A stretch of 63,456 bases of DNA, the filler included, from Collodictyon triciliatum (Eukaryota): assembly GCA_043381765.1 (NCBI GenBank). It is 12 parts of 12 records of this genome, joined end to end, with 100 filler letters (N's around TTAATTAATTAA, not from the genome) between each part and the next. Parts side by side here need not be neighbours in the genome. Positions count along the whole stretch, not along the records: positions 44,095 to 49,720 come from JBHJMP010005066.1; positions 49,821 to 55,444 come from JBHJMP010005067.1; positions 55,545 to 61,165 come from JBHJMP010005068.1; 9 more parts are not named here. One strand, 5' to 3'. The translations under genes were made by a program, and so were the position numbers. This document shows positions 46,990 to 61,132 of this stretch, piece after piece. The notes under the pieces were generated by a model that searched no databases, was not told the DNA's origin, and saw only the letters and a program-made list of their open reading frames with translations. How positions within the stretch are numbered: position 1 is the first letter of the stretch; each line of letters opens with the position of its first letter.

Positions 46990-49465
46990 AGATTATTTTG
47001 AAAATGTTGGTGTGAAGAAGAACAGAACAATTTGTCTGTTGCTTTTGTACGCGGTAGTCACACTTATGCAGCCAGTTCGATGTGATGGATGTGTGTGATG
47101 TTGAATTGATGGCGTGGCACCATTCACTAAAGATTATTTTCTCATCGCACTCCTATTTTTTATATAAAAAAAAACCTTTTCTAAATCTCCATCCTCAAAA
47201 ATCATATATTGGCATTAAATTATTGAATGTATTTAAAGTAACCATTTTTGCCTTAAATATCTAAATATTTTGTTTTTGAATTACTTGCTCCGAGATGGTT
47301 TCTGGTTTTAAAAGTTTTCCAAATAAAATTTGCAAATCTAGATGATTGTAAGACATTGGTGGATAATCTATATTTCTAAACACTGAATCTTCTTTCAAAG
47401 GTAATGTCGTTGAAGTTCGATTAAGAAATATCCATGAGCTTGTCGTTCCCAATTTTCGGTACATCAACCTTTTCAGAACAATATTTAGTATTTATACTAC
47501 GTTCGTTTGAACTCAATTTAAATGATTTTTTGTAAGATCTAGAAAACTGACGAGTTTATCATCGTGCTGGCATATGGGTCAGTGACTGGAAAGGAAGCCC
47601 ATATACAAGTTGTTATGTTACAATCGATGGCTTTACTGATAAACTTGAATAACTGCGTTGATTGCGTTTTAATTTTTCGTGCCGAAAGCTGCAATCCTCT
47701 ATCTACCCATTGAAGGTCGCTCAAGTAAACAATATTTGGTCTTGAAAATCCGATTTTGGGTGAAAATGGTAGTCTTAAAAAAAAAGTACACATGAAAATA
47801 TACTTTTATGTGTGTTATATCAATAGTCATTTGATTTATAACATACATTAGATTTTTATCAGCAGTTGGATAGCGGGTCATCATAGTACGACCACTTTTC
47901 ATCACGCAGAATGATATACGGATATCTTTGAGCATATTTTAGTAAATCTATATAATTCTCTCCTATACAAGTGATGTATTCTGTTAAAATTAATTACTCT
48001 GTGTTTCATTAAAGTTCGGAGGATTGAGTGGTAGCTGACATGATAGGTCTTCATTGAAAGTCTTTCGGATTATCTTCTACAAGGCGAATATTTATGAGTG
48101 ACTAATGCAGTTTAGAATTTTTATACACAAATTGTAAACATTCTAGGCTACCCCATCCAATGATAGAATAACGTCGATGTAGTAAATTTTAATCCCTTTG
48201 ATATTTGGATTTGAAAACCACTTCGTGGGACTAAAGGGATCAGACTATTTGAATGTGTACGTCACGATTAGAAATCAATCAATCATGTCGTATAAATGGT
48301 ACGCCAATGGAATTATCATTATTTTGCGTGATACTTGGTTAAAAATATAACGATGCTTCGATATGGTCATACCATCGATAAATCAAACATAGAGATCAAA
48401 GCGAGAGCCATTCCTCTTGTGCTGATGTCCCCTCCGAAAAAAATCCACTTTCCTTGGAGAAAGCGAAATAACTCCTCTTGTGTGTAATAGTGAAAATGGC
48501 AATCATCTGCGCAATCCCAAATACAGAATTAAGATGTCGTTATAATGTTTTTTTTATCTAATATCATTAAAAGAATGAAAATAAGGTAAATTATTATTTA
48601 ATTTGGATAATGTGATATGTGCGATTACCCATCGCTTTTAGTTGTAAGTTCCAGACTTTTATCTATAGGGTATCAAAAAAAAAAAAAGGAATATAGGTTA
48701 AGGTATGAAGAGAAAAGAAATTCTGTAATTGGCCGCGAATTTACTTCGATAATATATATGTATAATTTGACGTGTATATCTATTCACCTGGGATGTAGAC
48801 GCAGGGCATCGAGGAGTACATTTACATGGTTGTTTCGAATTCGTGTGCGCTCCATGACTCGCTGTGATATAGGGGATTGTACTTTCTGGTTCAGTGATTG
48901 GGCCAGAATGGCTCTTGTTGTCTGTCTGCTCAGTCAGGGCTCCTTTAATTCAAAGTATGTTTCACTGGTTTATGCTTTTAGGTGTTTGGTATTCGTGAAC
49001 TTTTATGCGAACTTGAAAAAAGGGCGAAACGTGGTTGGGATTTATTCTATTCTATTCTAATTTTATTTTATTTTATTTTATTTTATTTTATTTTATTTTA
49101 TTTTATTTCATTTTATTTCATTTTATTTCATTTTATTTCATTTTATTTTTGCAAGTTTTTTTAGTGTAGTATTTTTTGATGTCAAGAAATTAATAAATGA
49201 AAAAAATGAAAAAAATGAAAAAAATGAGAAAATGAAAAAATTGAAAAAAATGAAAAAATTGAAAAAAATGAAAAAATTGAAAAAATTGAAAGAAATGAAA
49301 AAATGAAAAAATGAAAAATGTAATTGCATTAAGTGAGAATGAAATATTACGGGACTTGCGAAATGTACTAATATCAGGTAGCAAAAAAAGCGTGGAGAGA
49401 AATGCAACCAGCAGAACAGCGTCTCTTATCCGCTTTGCTCTAGTTGTATTCGACTCAACTTCCAT
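46990..49465 (-). CDS. Type II membrane SGNH/PC-esterase(TBL/NXPE)-like protein, multi-exon; 3' end approximate
   Basis: N-terminal TM segment (AVLLVAFLSTLFLL), exon CHFHYYTQEELFRFLQGKWIFFGGDISTRG, PNIVYLSDLQW, and ...YPPMSYNHLDLQILF. Confidence 0.5.
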
Positions 49466-49653
49466 GCTGGTGCTTTCCGGTTTCCCCTATATTACATTGT
49501 CATTTTCTTAATTTTCCGAGGGCTCGAGCGCTGCCTACGCTGCAATCTGCTTTGGCTTCATCCTTTTTTTTTTTTTGCCTCGCCTGAGCTGCATACCTGA
49601 ACCAATAATTATAGCTTTTTTATTCTTATTATTATTACTATTATTACTCTTAC

Positions 49654-49720
<67 letters not shown>

Positions 49721-50197
49721 NNNNNNNNNNNNNNNNNNNNNNNNNNNNNNNNNNNNNNNNNNNNTTAATTAATTAANNNNNNNNNNNNNNNNNNNNNNNN
49801 NNNNNNNNNNNNNNNNNNNNCCTTTCTTTCCCTTTCTTTCCCTTTCTTTCCCTTTCTTTCCCTTTCTTTCCCTTTCTTTCCCTTTCTTTCCCTTTCTTTC
49901 CCTTTCTTTCCCTTTCTTTTCCTTTCTTTTCCTTTCTTTTCTTTTCCTTTCTTTTCCTTTCTTTTCTTTTCCTTTCTTTTCCTTTCCTTATCGTTGCCAT
50001 TATTCTGCGGGCATTTTTCTTCTCTCTAAACTTAATGCTAAATTCCCGCTCCAAAATAATACATAATCCTGAATGATACATTAAATAGCATACACATCCT
50101 AGTGATCGTTGAACAAAGATCCATTTATACGTTAGCCATGCCTGCAGTTTATAGGTGTATATGCAGTTATTAAATTATCAATCCCATGAACAACCAG

Positions 50198-51341
50198 ACT
50201 CGCTGCCGGGCCCAACAAAACTCTTCTTGAATTTGGTCTGCGTCGTGCTCAAGTACACCCTTAGTCGTCTTAAAGTGATCGAAAATCCTAAATTAATGAA
50301 CCAGAAAAGCTATCAAACAATACAAAAATTTTGAAAGGTGAATGTACGCATGGAAACACTGTGCATAATGATTGAACTCTCCCATTTTGTTCAGGGACCT
50401 AATGGAGGTATGTCAGCTTCGCGTTATTCATACATGGGCGGCTTCGATGGCACAAGCAATGTCCTTGCTGGGATGCTGTTCAATATTGTTCCGAGGGTTC
50501 GCCTACTCATACAAATCAAATATTGTTTTCCAGATTTATTTTTAAATAAACCAATAATACATTATCAGAGACCATCCTTTCAACAAGATGGCGCATGTGA
50601 CCAACTCGATTTTATCTACGTACTTTGTAAAATAATACGTTTTCTATTTTTCCTCCTGCAGGGAACCCACGCTCACGCATACGTTACCTCTTATATTGGC
50701 AGCGAAGAGGAAATCCAGACTCTGCGTGAAACAAGCTTTCTGTTGAACAAAAAAACAAACGAGAAGCAACTGTTCTACCCTGTCGTCGAAAAATATGCTG
50801 CTGAGGTCACTTCGTCAGCCTCCAACAAAAGTGAGCTAGTTGCATTCACAACATACGCCTTGTCGTTCCCCACCTACTTCCTCTCTTTGGTCGACACATA
50901 CGACACGCTCAAGAGTGGAGTACCAAACTTCGCCTCGGTTGCACTTGCTTTGATTGAATTCGGATACGAGCCCATTGGTATTCGATTGGATTCTGGAGAC
51001 CTCGCGTACCTTTCTAGATCCACTCGCCGTTTCTTTAAGAAGATTGGTTCAACTTACAACATTCCGACTTTCCAATCACTCAAGATTGTCGCCAGCAATG
51101 ACTTGAATGAAGTCACTATCTTGTCTCTCAATCAACAGGTTTCTGTTTAACATAAAATACGTATTTAAATTCTATCCCCTATCGTTTCCCTACCCCGTCA
51201 ATTTTATCAGTCTTAAATCCTTATTTTCCCGATTATTTCATGAAGTTTGGTTGAGTGTTACTCGCGAATAACAGAAGCATATTTATTGATTGCGTTACAT
51301 TATTATTAAAATATAATATTCGTATGTAATATCAATAAACC

Positions 51342-51439
<98 letters not shown>

Positions 51440-51689
51440 TTTACCAACAGGGTCATCAAATCGATACTTTTGGTATCGGAACTAACTTGGTTACTTGTCA
51501 AGCACAACCTGCTCTTGGGTGTGTTTACAAACTTGTTGAAGTCAAAAGCACCCCGCGCATCAAATTATCACAGGAAGTATCCAAGGTACTGAATGTCACT
51601 AATCTTTTTATTTTTCGCTTTTTTCTCCCAGTTTTTTCCGTTTTCCCGTTTTTTTGTTTTGTTTTTGGTTTGTTTTTGGTTTGTTTTTG

Positions 51690-51720
<31 letters not shown>

Positions 51721-53163
51721 CTTCAGTTTTTCGTTTTATTTGTCTTGGAAACCGCTGTATCAAAAATCCCCACATTATTTCGATGTGTTTTTAAACCCTG
51801 ATTATGACACCTCCTATCCCTTTCCAAGGTCAACCTCCCGGGCAAGAAGAATGCATACCGACTTTACAATGCAGAGAACCAGCCTATTGTGGATCTGATC
51901 ACATTGGCCAGTGAGTCGAATTAATAAATGTTTTCCCTCCGTATTTATTTTCTCTATGAATTTCGTGTTGAAAAAAACATATACGTTACCATCTTCGATT
52001 AAACATAGACTAATGCGCCTGGTTCCTCGCGCCCTTTGCATTGATACTTGCCCATAAAATTCTTCTAATTAATCCATACGAAACGTGCATATTTGCATAA
52101 TCCAAACCTTAGACCAGGAAGTTCCTCAACCCAACACGAAAATTCTATGCTGCCATCCTTTTATGGACACCAAAAGGCAATTATCTTTATTAAATGCATA
52201 ATCTTCTAAATATACTTCAATCATCTTTCTAGTAAACACAACCAACTTAAGTGTATGATTATGCTCCACCCGCGTATTAGTTTTTCTTTTCTTTTCTTGA
52301 ACAAAAATAGATAAAGACAGATATTCACAGGCATTTTGCTACTCATTTCATCGCAGACTTTTCGCTGTACCCTCAAGAGTGGAGAACCTGCTGCATGTCG
52401 TTTTTGAAAAAGGGCAAATCTGTTACGGTAAGGGCAACAACAAATAATTTACACAGTTTTTAAATTATATCCATCAAAATCAAGATTTTTTTCAAATATA
52501 GATATATGTCAGTAATATTTATAAATATACCCGTATAACGTTATTATCGTTTAGTGACTTACAATTTTGCTTACGAAAAAATCAAACCAAACCCAAACAT
52601 AATGCAATAACGAAAAAAAAAAAATAAGAAACCTTCACACTTTGATATAGACCTGCCATCCATGGACCAAATCCGCTCCTACATTCAATCCCAGCTGTCT
52701 GCCATGCGTGAAGACCATCTGCGCCCTCTCAATCCGACTCCTTACAAGGCACGCTCTACACCCATCAAATAGAAGACTGTATATATATATATATATATAT
52801 ATGAATTGTCTATTTTATCTCTTGAAGCTTTTCAGAGTGTTATCCAGTGAGTCGATACCACGCTTCTTACCTGGGTTACACCGAGCAGGTTTCAGTCACA
52901 ATCGAGCTTCGACGCTTCTTGCACGATCTGTGGTTGAGCGAGAGTGAGAATATTCTACATCGCGTAGCCATGGCAGAAAGATCAAATACCTATATGCATA
53001 TACGCATCTCTTCCATCCTGCTTTGTTTGATGCCTGGCATCAGATTTTGCGAACCGTATGCCCCCACCGTGGCAAATACGTTCGCCTATCACCTATTGCG
53101 CATTCAACTAACCGCCTCTTCCTCCATCCCACCCAAACAGTGCCTATTCCCATGCTCAGCTAA
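50198..53163 (+). CDS. NAPRT: Nicotinate phosphoribosyltransferase, 5' partial, two GC-AG introns
   Basis: [102 protein letters not shown]. Confidence 0.97.
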
Positions 53164-53550
53164 ATCAATTGACGGTCATCCTTCAAAGAGGCACCCCAAG
53201 CCATTCCTTTTCCTACGGCAGCACAGAGCTATAAACCAAAGTCGAGAAGGAAAAATAGCAAGGGAGAGAGATAAAAAAAAAAAAGAAGAAAGGAGATGGT
53301 GCGAGAGAGAGAGAGAGCCAACAACATCAACGCATGATTCACCTTATAGGATTTATGGAAAGCCACCATGTCCTTGTTTCGTTCCACCTGACGGGAGTTG
53401 GGTTGTATTTATTATGCCGACGTAATCAACTGCCCAAGTTCTTTGTTGTGTTTTTTGGTTTCGCTTTTCGTTTTGCTGTGTTGTGGTGGCAGATTCGAGT
53501 AAATGTGTCCAGCCAAGTCGCCACGGGCGCATCCGTGCAACAGCGTGGAC

Positions 53551-55210
53551 TTACGAGGAGGAATAACGCTGCGCGTTGCGATCAAATGACTTTTCCAGTG
53601 CATCGAGATTCTGGACCCACGAGTGCGTCGGGTGAGCAGAGCGCAGCTGCCTAAGTGTGGCAATGCGTGTCACTCGACACTCCAGAAGGGCAAGGCAACA
53701 ATGGAAAAAGCACATGCAACGAAACAAAGCACACATCGATTGCCGGGCGGAAAGGAAAAAAGGGCTGGTGGGTTGCAGACCACGGTGGAGGGGAGTATGG
53801 AGCCAACGACTTACTTCAGATAGACGTTCACTTTGTCACTGCCTTTGTGGAGGTGCTGCTCGCAGGCAATCATGTTGGCGAGCGTTTGGGGATCGTTGGG
53901 CGACTATCACAATAGCATCACAAACATGTGTTAAGCAACGAGGCGATTGGTCGCTTTTGGATAGAAATGCACATGGGAATAATGACGCAACATATTCCAA
54001 TATTGTCAATAACATCAAAACATGTTTTTCTGAGCAAACTGATTCCAGCTTCACAAGAGAGAGAATGGGCAGATTTTCCTTCGAATGTGCTGACCTTTTC
54101 CAAAGCCTTCTTCAAGTGTGACTCAGCCTCTGCGTAATTTGCTTGATTCAACTGGCATACAGCAAGCCCGTTCAGAAGCATCGGGGTTGCTTGGTACTTA
54201 TCAATCAATTCTTGGAAGATATAAAAGGCTTCTTGGAGTTTGGCCCCTCCCTAAGGATAGCATCAACTTAGGGTTGAAAAAAAGTAATAAAAATGAAAGC
54301 AGACAGAAAACTATTCTACTCCAACAAGAAATGTGGACACAAAAATAGCCTTGAGACTTCGTTCCGATTTTAAGTAGAATGATTTTCAAACGTATGAGTT
54401 AGATTGTTCATCATGAAGATAAGTGTTAATTGCAGGTGTAAGAGTAAATTACGCAGTACCACAGCAATATTTATCCATGCATTTGCGAGCTGTGTGAGTG
54501 TAGAGTCTTCATCACGCTGCTGCATGACTTTCAGCTCCTTTTCCGCAAGGTCCAAGCGAAACATTTTCAGGTAGATTTGAATTATCAATGCATTACTAGA
54601 ACATATACAAAGTTAGGGTTATTTTTCCCCATCTTTAGTGTCAGTGCTTTGGCATCATGAACCATACCAATTACACTATTTTGAGGTGGCAATCGCATGA
54701 ATGGTTAGCAGACCAGGTGAATATTTAGAAAAGATTTTTTTTTTTTTAAAAAAAAAAAAAAACATATCGGTTGGAATAGTATTGCATATAGGCAAAGTTA
54801 TGGTAGGATTTTAAGCTTTGGTTAGTGCACACAAACAAATAAGACATGCGTGTTACCTCTCAAGACAAAGCCGAGAGTGAAGACAGCGAAGGGCCTCCTC
54901 ATAGTTTTGTTCATGCAAATATATGACCCCGCACATGACCTGTAGCTGGGGCACGCTAGACACCGCATCCTTATTGGCCTGTTATAAAATAAGCACTTGA
55001 TTAAGAGGGATGTTGGCAAGAAATCAATCAGTACTTATATTATAACCATTGTTTTAATATTCACCAACCTCCAAAGTCTGCAGAACAGTTTCGCGGCTTG
55101 AAGGGTTGGCCAAATAAGAGGCCAAAAGCTTCACAGAAAGAAGGGCTTCGGGGGCAGAGTCAGGTATCTCATTCAAGACCATAGTGTAGTTATGCAGAGC
55201 TACATATGAT
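53551..55210 (-). CDS. COPE: Coatomer subunit epsilon, 5' partial
   Basis: IQIYLKMFRLDLAEKELKVMQQRDEDSTLTQLANAW, KLQEAFYIFQEL, TPMLLNGLAVC, DPQTLANMI, QLRSAHPTHSWV. Confidence 0.95.
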
Positions 55211-55688
55211 CTGTATAAGGTGCCAAAGATGTGTGTATGAGCTGGTATAGTTGAATGATTTTACAAGTTGCCAAAATAAAAATAATTCTAAACAACGCAT
55301 GGAATAAATTAGCAAAATATGGCTGGCTAATAGCTCGAATATGAAAGGATATTGTTTTTGTTTTTTTCTTCCTTTTCTTTTTTTTTTTTTTTTTTTTGAA
55401 AAAAAAATTAAAACAACTGGGAATGAAACTTCTTTGGGTACTGTNNNNNNNNNNNNNNNNNNNNNNNNNNNNNNNNNNNNNNNNNNNNTTAATTAATTAA
55501 NNNNNNNNNNNNNNNNNNNNNNNNNNNNNNNNNNNNNNNNNNNNACATTAAAAAAACATTAAAAAAACATTAAAAAAACATTAAAAAAACATTAAAAAAA
55601 CATTAAAAAAACATTAAAAAAACATTAAAAAAACATTAAAAAACATTAAAAAACATTAAAAAACATTAAAAATCATAAAAAAAAACAG

Positions 55689-58600
55689 GAGACCGAACGA
55701 ACGCAGAAGCCACTTACTGAAAAGAATGCTCGAGGACGAGAGCGCATTCTGATTATTGGACAAGACGTGTTTGCTGGAGGTGTTGTCTCAGCCGTCCTCA
55801 CCCGCGCTGGATACCACGGTACGCAAGTCTCTCCATTCCGTTGATTTCTACATCTATCTATGATATTCCTCTATGCATATTAGCATGAGGCATTCCTTAT
55901 ACACATCTGACAAATTTCAGACATCCTTTCATTTTCCAGATAAACTATCTATCATTCTAAAATAATGAACTCTCCTCATATATTTTATAGTTATAATGAC
56001 TGCGACCGCCAAAGAGGCCCAAACCCTCATTCAGGAGCAAAATCCAGTTTTCTCCACGGTTTTAATACAAGCAACACTGCCTGATATGAAAGGACAGGAT
56101 TTCATCCCTTTCATACGCGCTACTCATGGACGAGATATGCCTCTTGCAAGTTTGTAATTGAATTCACAAACCTTCCAAAATTCTGAATTACACTTTGAAA
56201 TCTCTTCTTTTTTTCTTCCCTCTTTGATTGTGGTTACTATTCTTGTGCTTGATCTTTAATTTACAAGAATCCTTTTCTTTCTTCCATCGCTTATATGATT
56301 TTTCTCTAATTAAGGTCATTTCTGTTGCTCTCGTAACCTTAAAAATCTTTTCCTTATCACTGACTTTTTTCAATCGTCCATTTATACAATTATTCATTTT
56401 GTTGTCATTTACATGTTTTATTTGCTAATTAAAACAGCTCATTCTGATTATTGATTTTCTTTTCTTTCTTTTGCTATTGATAAAAAAAGTTTAAATTGGA
56501 GAACTCTAAATCCCTTGATATTTTTTATTTACGCATATAATTAATTCATGATGATTTTCTTAGTTATTGCACCAAACTCGAATCAGCCTGGCCTAGAGAG
56601 TTGTTTCGATTTGGGCGCTGATGATATCATATATCCCCCGTTTCATCAGAACAGCACGAAGCAGCGAGTTGATACACTCATAGCTTTCTTCTGGCTCCGA
56701 AAAAGAGTTGACGTAATTGTCCTCTTCGTCCAATTAAATATAAATAAAATAAATCGTCAATAGTAACAAAAAGGAAAAACAGCAGTAACATACATTTATA
56801 ATCACGTTGAAAACTTTTCTGTTTCAATTATACAATTTAAATTCTCGTTATTTAGGTATTTCTATGTTATTTGAAAAAAAACCTGTAATATTTACCCATG
56901 TTGTTTGCCATTTTTTTTTATTTAAAGAAATTATTTGTTTTTGCCTAGATTCTGACCCAAGATTGTCGTGTCTTATGTTCTGAAAATGAAGCACTGTACA
57001 AAGCAAATGTAGTCATGCAGCAGAGAATAACCTCGTATGAAAATTATGTTGCAGAGCAGAAGCAATATTTGTATGAAAATGCCCTGATTAGAGCACAACA
57101 AGAGGAAGTAATCGCAGAGAGAGAAAATGCAAAGGTTTTTATCGATATTTCCACTCCAATTCATAAAGAATAAGCCTGCCCAAAATATAAGTCATCTGAC
57201 AAAAATTATAAATAAAAGGCTGAATATGACCTGGCAATAGTAATAATAATAAACATTTTTTTTTGGTGCAAATCTGTTCATTCGGATCACAGGATTGTAC
57301 TGATTTTAAAAAAATTCATAAACAGATGATAGCTTTTGCCTTACTAGACAAGACGCAAGAATTTATTTCGTGCAGGCGAAAGCTCATGGTTTATCAAGAC
57401 CGAGCAGATTATTTAGAAAAGAAATTCTTTGAAATTGTGAAATCTTCAAAAGTAATTGACTTACTTATTTCGTGAATTGGCCTTCTGCTGCATGTCTGAA
57501 AATTTCTAATAAATAATCGTACTCCGTGAATAGGGTTCTGATAATCTGCACTCTCCGAATGATTTTGAATCGTTTGTTCTCAGCGGATATTCGGAGGACG
57601 AGATGGAACCTGTTAAAATGCCAATACTGAGATTCCCAAATTCTGCACCAGACTGGATACATCTATTCTATCAAATTCCTCATTTTCAAATGGTCTCATG
57701 GTCGAAATATCTCACACAACAATTGCAACTGAAAGAATATGGCTCTGATAAAAAAACTTCATCTACTTCAGCCATATCTACAAAGTCAATATTCACATCA
57801 ATGCTCCTCATTATACAAAATAAACTGATTGACTGGGAATCCAACAGAATCACAAAAGCATATTCCCCAAAAGCTCAGAAGGATACTCTACTACAGGAAT
57901 GGCTCGAGTTTACTTTCGGTAAACCAGATATAAAGAATGACCAACAAACTACGAAGGAGCCGCAGGTGCAGAAAGATGGACAGAATGCTGAACCTTCCAC
58001 AGCAAAGAATGACCGAAAGAAAGAAACGCATGTTGAAAACATGAAGGAAGACCGCCCACAGCACAAAAAGTATTTAAAACTTAATTTACACTTCACAGGA
58101 TGTAGGCGATATGCACAGTGCTTTTGGATACGAAATTCCTCTCTGTCAAAAAACTTTTTAAACATATTGAAATATTTCTTTAACTTATCTCTCTTTCATC
58201 TATTTGACCCGAAAGGTTTTCTCCTCCCTTTCTTATCAGTATTGTAAAAATATAGACTCTCTGAAGTATCACAGTTGCGCAGAGAGCCAAGTGGGTCGGG
58301 GCACACAGTAGACCCTCATCGTGTAGCAAAACTTAAACCGTTGCCCAACTCGCCTGGTCAAAACAGTCGTCTTGTTGTTCCTAGCTTCCTCTTCACTTAC
58401 ACCACTCGTCGTGATTGGATCGTTGAATCAAAGGTTGTCCTTTATATTACATTTTATATGCATCTTTTTCTGTTCTTTCTACTCTTGAACTTTTTTTTGG
58501 GCCACTTTCGCACCACTTGATGTGGGTTTTCTGTTTGATTCTTTTAGGGATTTTTTTTTAAATGTGTACATTCAATCTTATCTGTCCTCGTGAAAGTTAC

Positions 58601-60979
58601 TCATGGCCACCATCTGATCATAATCTTCACAAATAGTTCTTGTTTGATCAAAACTTATCCCCTGACATTCGCGCGATGGCAGACTCCCTTCGGTTTGACT
58701 CTTGGAGATTAACAGATCGGCTCTGTTTCCCTGTTGCGAAGCACTTTTTTGTGCACTTCAACCTGATTGAGCATTTTTCGCTGCCATCAGAGGCTCTGCA
58801 CGGGTTCATTCTTGCCATCAGGGACATGTCTGGAACTGGGCCTTACCATAACTTCACCAGGTCGATTGATGTTGCCCAGGCAGTCTTTTTCATCCTGCTT
58901 TCATCATCAGCCATAGACTATATTACAGAGCTGGACATCTTGTGCCTTCTGATTGTTGCGCTGGGCTCATCACTCGAACACCCAGGATTCACAAACCAGT
59001 ATCTGCAGCGAACAAACCATAACATTTTTGTTTTACATGGAGTTCAAGACACAGTAGAAAAGCATATGCATCGTGTGCTTTGTACAATTCTAGCTTGCCC
59101 AGAACTGAACATCTTTACAAACATGACAGATGCCCAAATAAGCGTACCTTTTAATATCAGAATATCAAAAGATTCATGATAATCAATTGCATAGATGCTT
59201 TTCCTGCAGAGCCACCGTTTCAATCTAAGGTTTTCTCTGTTTCACGTGTTTGTAGGAAGCTCATGAAACCATAGCCGTTTTATTCCAAAGTCTGAACATA
59301 TCATCGTCCTTTGGAGCTGTGATATCAAAATTGGCTTCGCATGTTTCTGATTTTTCGCATCTAACTGCACCTTTGAGTGAACGAGGTATGTTGAGATAGA
59401 ATGCCATTTTCCACCTGGATTAACTATACTTTCGAATGTTTTTTTTTTATCCCTTCAATTTATCCGTGCTTTTCCATCACTAGACAAGATCATAATAATA
59501 AAATAAAGATGGAAACCCTTGTTGTAAAATATGCACCAATCATAGTAAAATACCGTTTCGAAATAAATGCACAGCAGAAGCATAAATACACAAAGAAATG
59601 ACAGTTTTTTTAAACTGATTAGCCACTATCTTCACAGAAAAACCAATTGGATTAAAGAAGCCAATCCAGTATCCCAATCGTATTGTCGTCCTCACGTCTG
59701 TTCTTTCACTGGCTTCGCATGTTTTTCTCTGTCGCCCGTCTTACATTATGTCCAAATGGAAAGATTTGTATATCGAAGAGCTCACAGCACAAGTGGGTTT
59801 ATAAACATGCTCAATTTATCAAATTTATTCTACACTTATCATCACACAAACATTTGCTTCCATCACATGGCTCTACTTGTCTTTTTCCCATTTCTATTGG
59901 AAAAATTGGCATCTATATTCACGCTCTGTTGATGCTTAGTTTAAATATGTATTTCAATTTCTATTTTATCCTTGATAACGTGTGTTATTAGGGGCATTTC
60001 GAGACTATACACAATATTCCACCAACTCCGTTTGCAACAAGCCGCTCAGAGGAAGAGAATCCTACAGTCCTTTGCACATACATGGTCTGTATGAGTCAAG
60101 TTCATAACGATTTACTACCAAACCACTTCGCTTAATTGATTTGATGCGTTAGCTTTTGCTGATTGTGATGCTAATTTGAGCGTTTTTTTTTTTATTGATG
60201 TTATGGCGCACATGCAACTCAGTGCGATTATATAGCGTCTCCTCTCTTACATTTTATGCGCCACATTTTCTCTGGTATGGAAGCCATCTCAACTGGTATG
60301 ACAAGAAACCGGAACAATTGGGCTCATGACGTGGGGTTTCGATTGATTTTCCATCTTTAATGAGATACTCTCGTTCATGAAGGATTTTTCTTTGGGGGAG
60401 TACACATACCAATTTCATCGTTCTAATGTATTTCTATATTTATATGGTTTCTAGTTGACTCGAAAAGCCCAACCACAGGAGCAAGCGAGAGCCCGTTCAA
60501 CATCTCCTTTAAAAACATCATCCCCGAATCCTGGTCGTCTAAACACGACCTCATCCAGCGCACGTGAGTCGATTGGATCAGCAAGTACAAAGGTAATAAG
60601 ACTTGAAATCTGTGGTAATTTGATTGTCTTTTGTATTCAGAATTATTTACTCTTTTCAATTTATTTATTATCATTCCTGTTTTTGTTCTTATTCTGACCA
60701 CTCACGCGAAAATACCGAGATGTTTGTAACTTGACTCATTGTTTTCTCACTCCCAACTGTTCTATCATCCTGTTGGTATTCTGTACAACTAGCGAAAGAA
60801 AGGAGACAGCATCACATCGAGGTCACGCGTATCATTCAGTGAGGGCGTTCGCTATGAAGACGATGTTTACTCGTATATCCCTGAATGCATTCGAGATGTT
60901 GTTAGAGCGAGGGCTTCAAAGGACTTCGAGCCAGACACGGGACTGACATCTTTTGCGGGGCCAATACAATCGAAATTAA
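55689..60979 (+). CDS. Receiver-domain + coiled coil + class I cyclic-nucleotide phosphodiesterase-like protein (RegA-like layout), catalytically degenerate, partial
   Basis: REC-like RILIIGQD...TVLIQATLPDMKG...CFDLGADDIIYPPF. PDE-like PYHNFTRSIDVAQ, ALGSSLEHPGFTNQYL, CRP....KW....EEL..QG. Confidence 0.8.
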
Positions 60980-61093
60980 GTTGTTTTTTTTTATCCTCTG
61001 AGTTTACGACTGTGTTGTGCAATGCTGAAATGTGTGGCAAGGCGCCCAACCGAACTTCCAGCATTGCAGCGCAATTATTCATGGCATATGCAA

Positions 61094-61132
<39 letters not shown>

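Noticed and set aside
48935-48960. Partial resemblance to the micro-element (CTTTGAATTAAAGGA, minus)
   Set aside because: It has no A-tail or TSD and coincides with a probable splice acceptor.
55140-55160. Possible frameshift in epsilon-COP
   Set aside because: Recounting the G-run (5 G) gives a continuous frame, DSAPEALLSVKLL.
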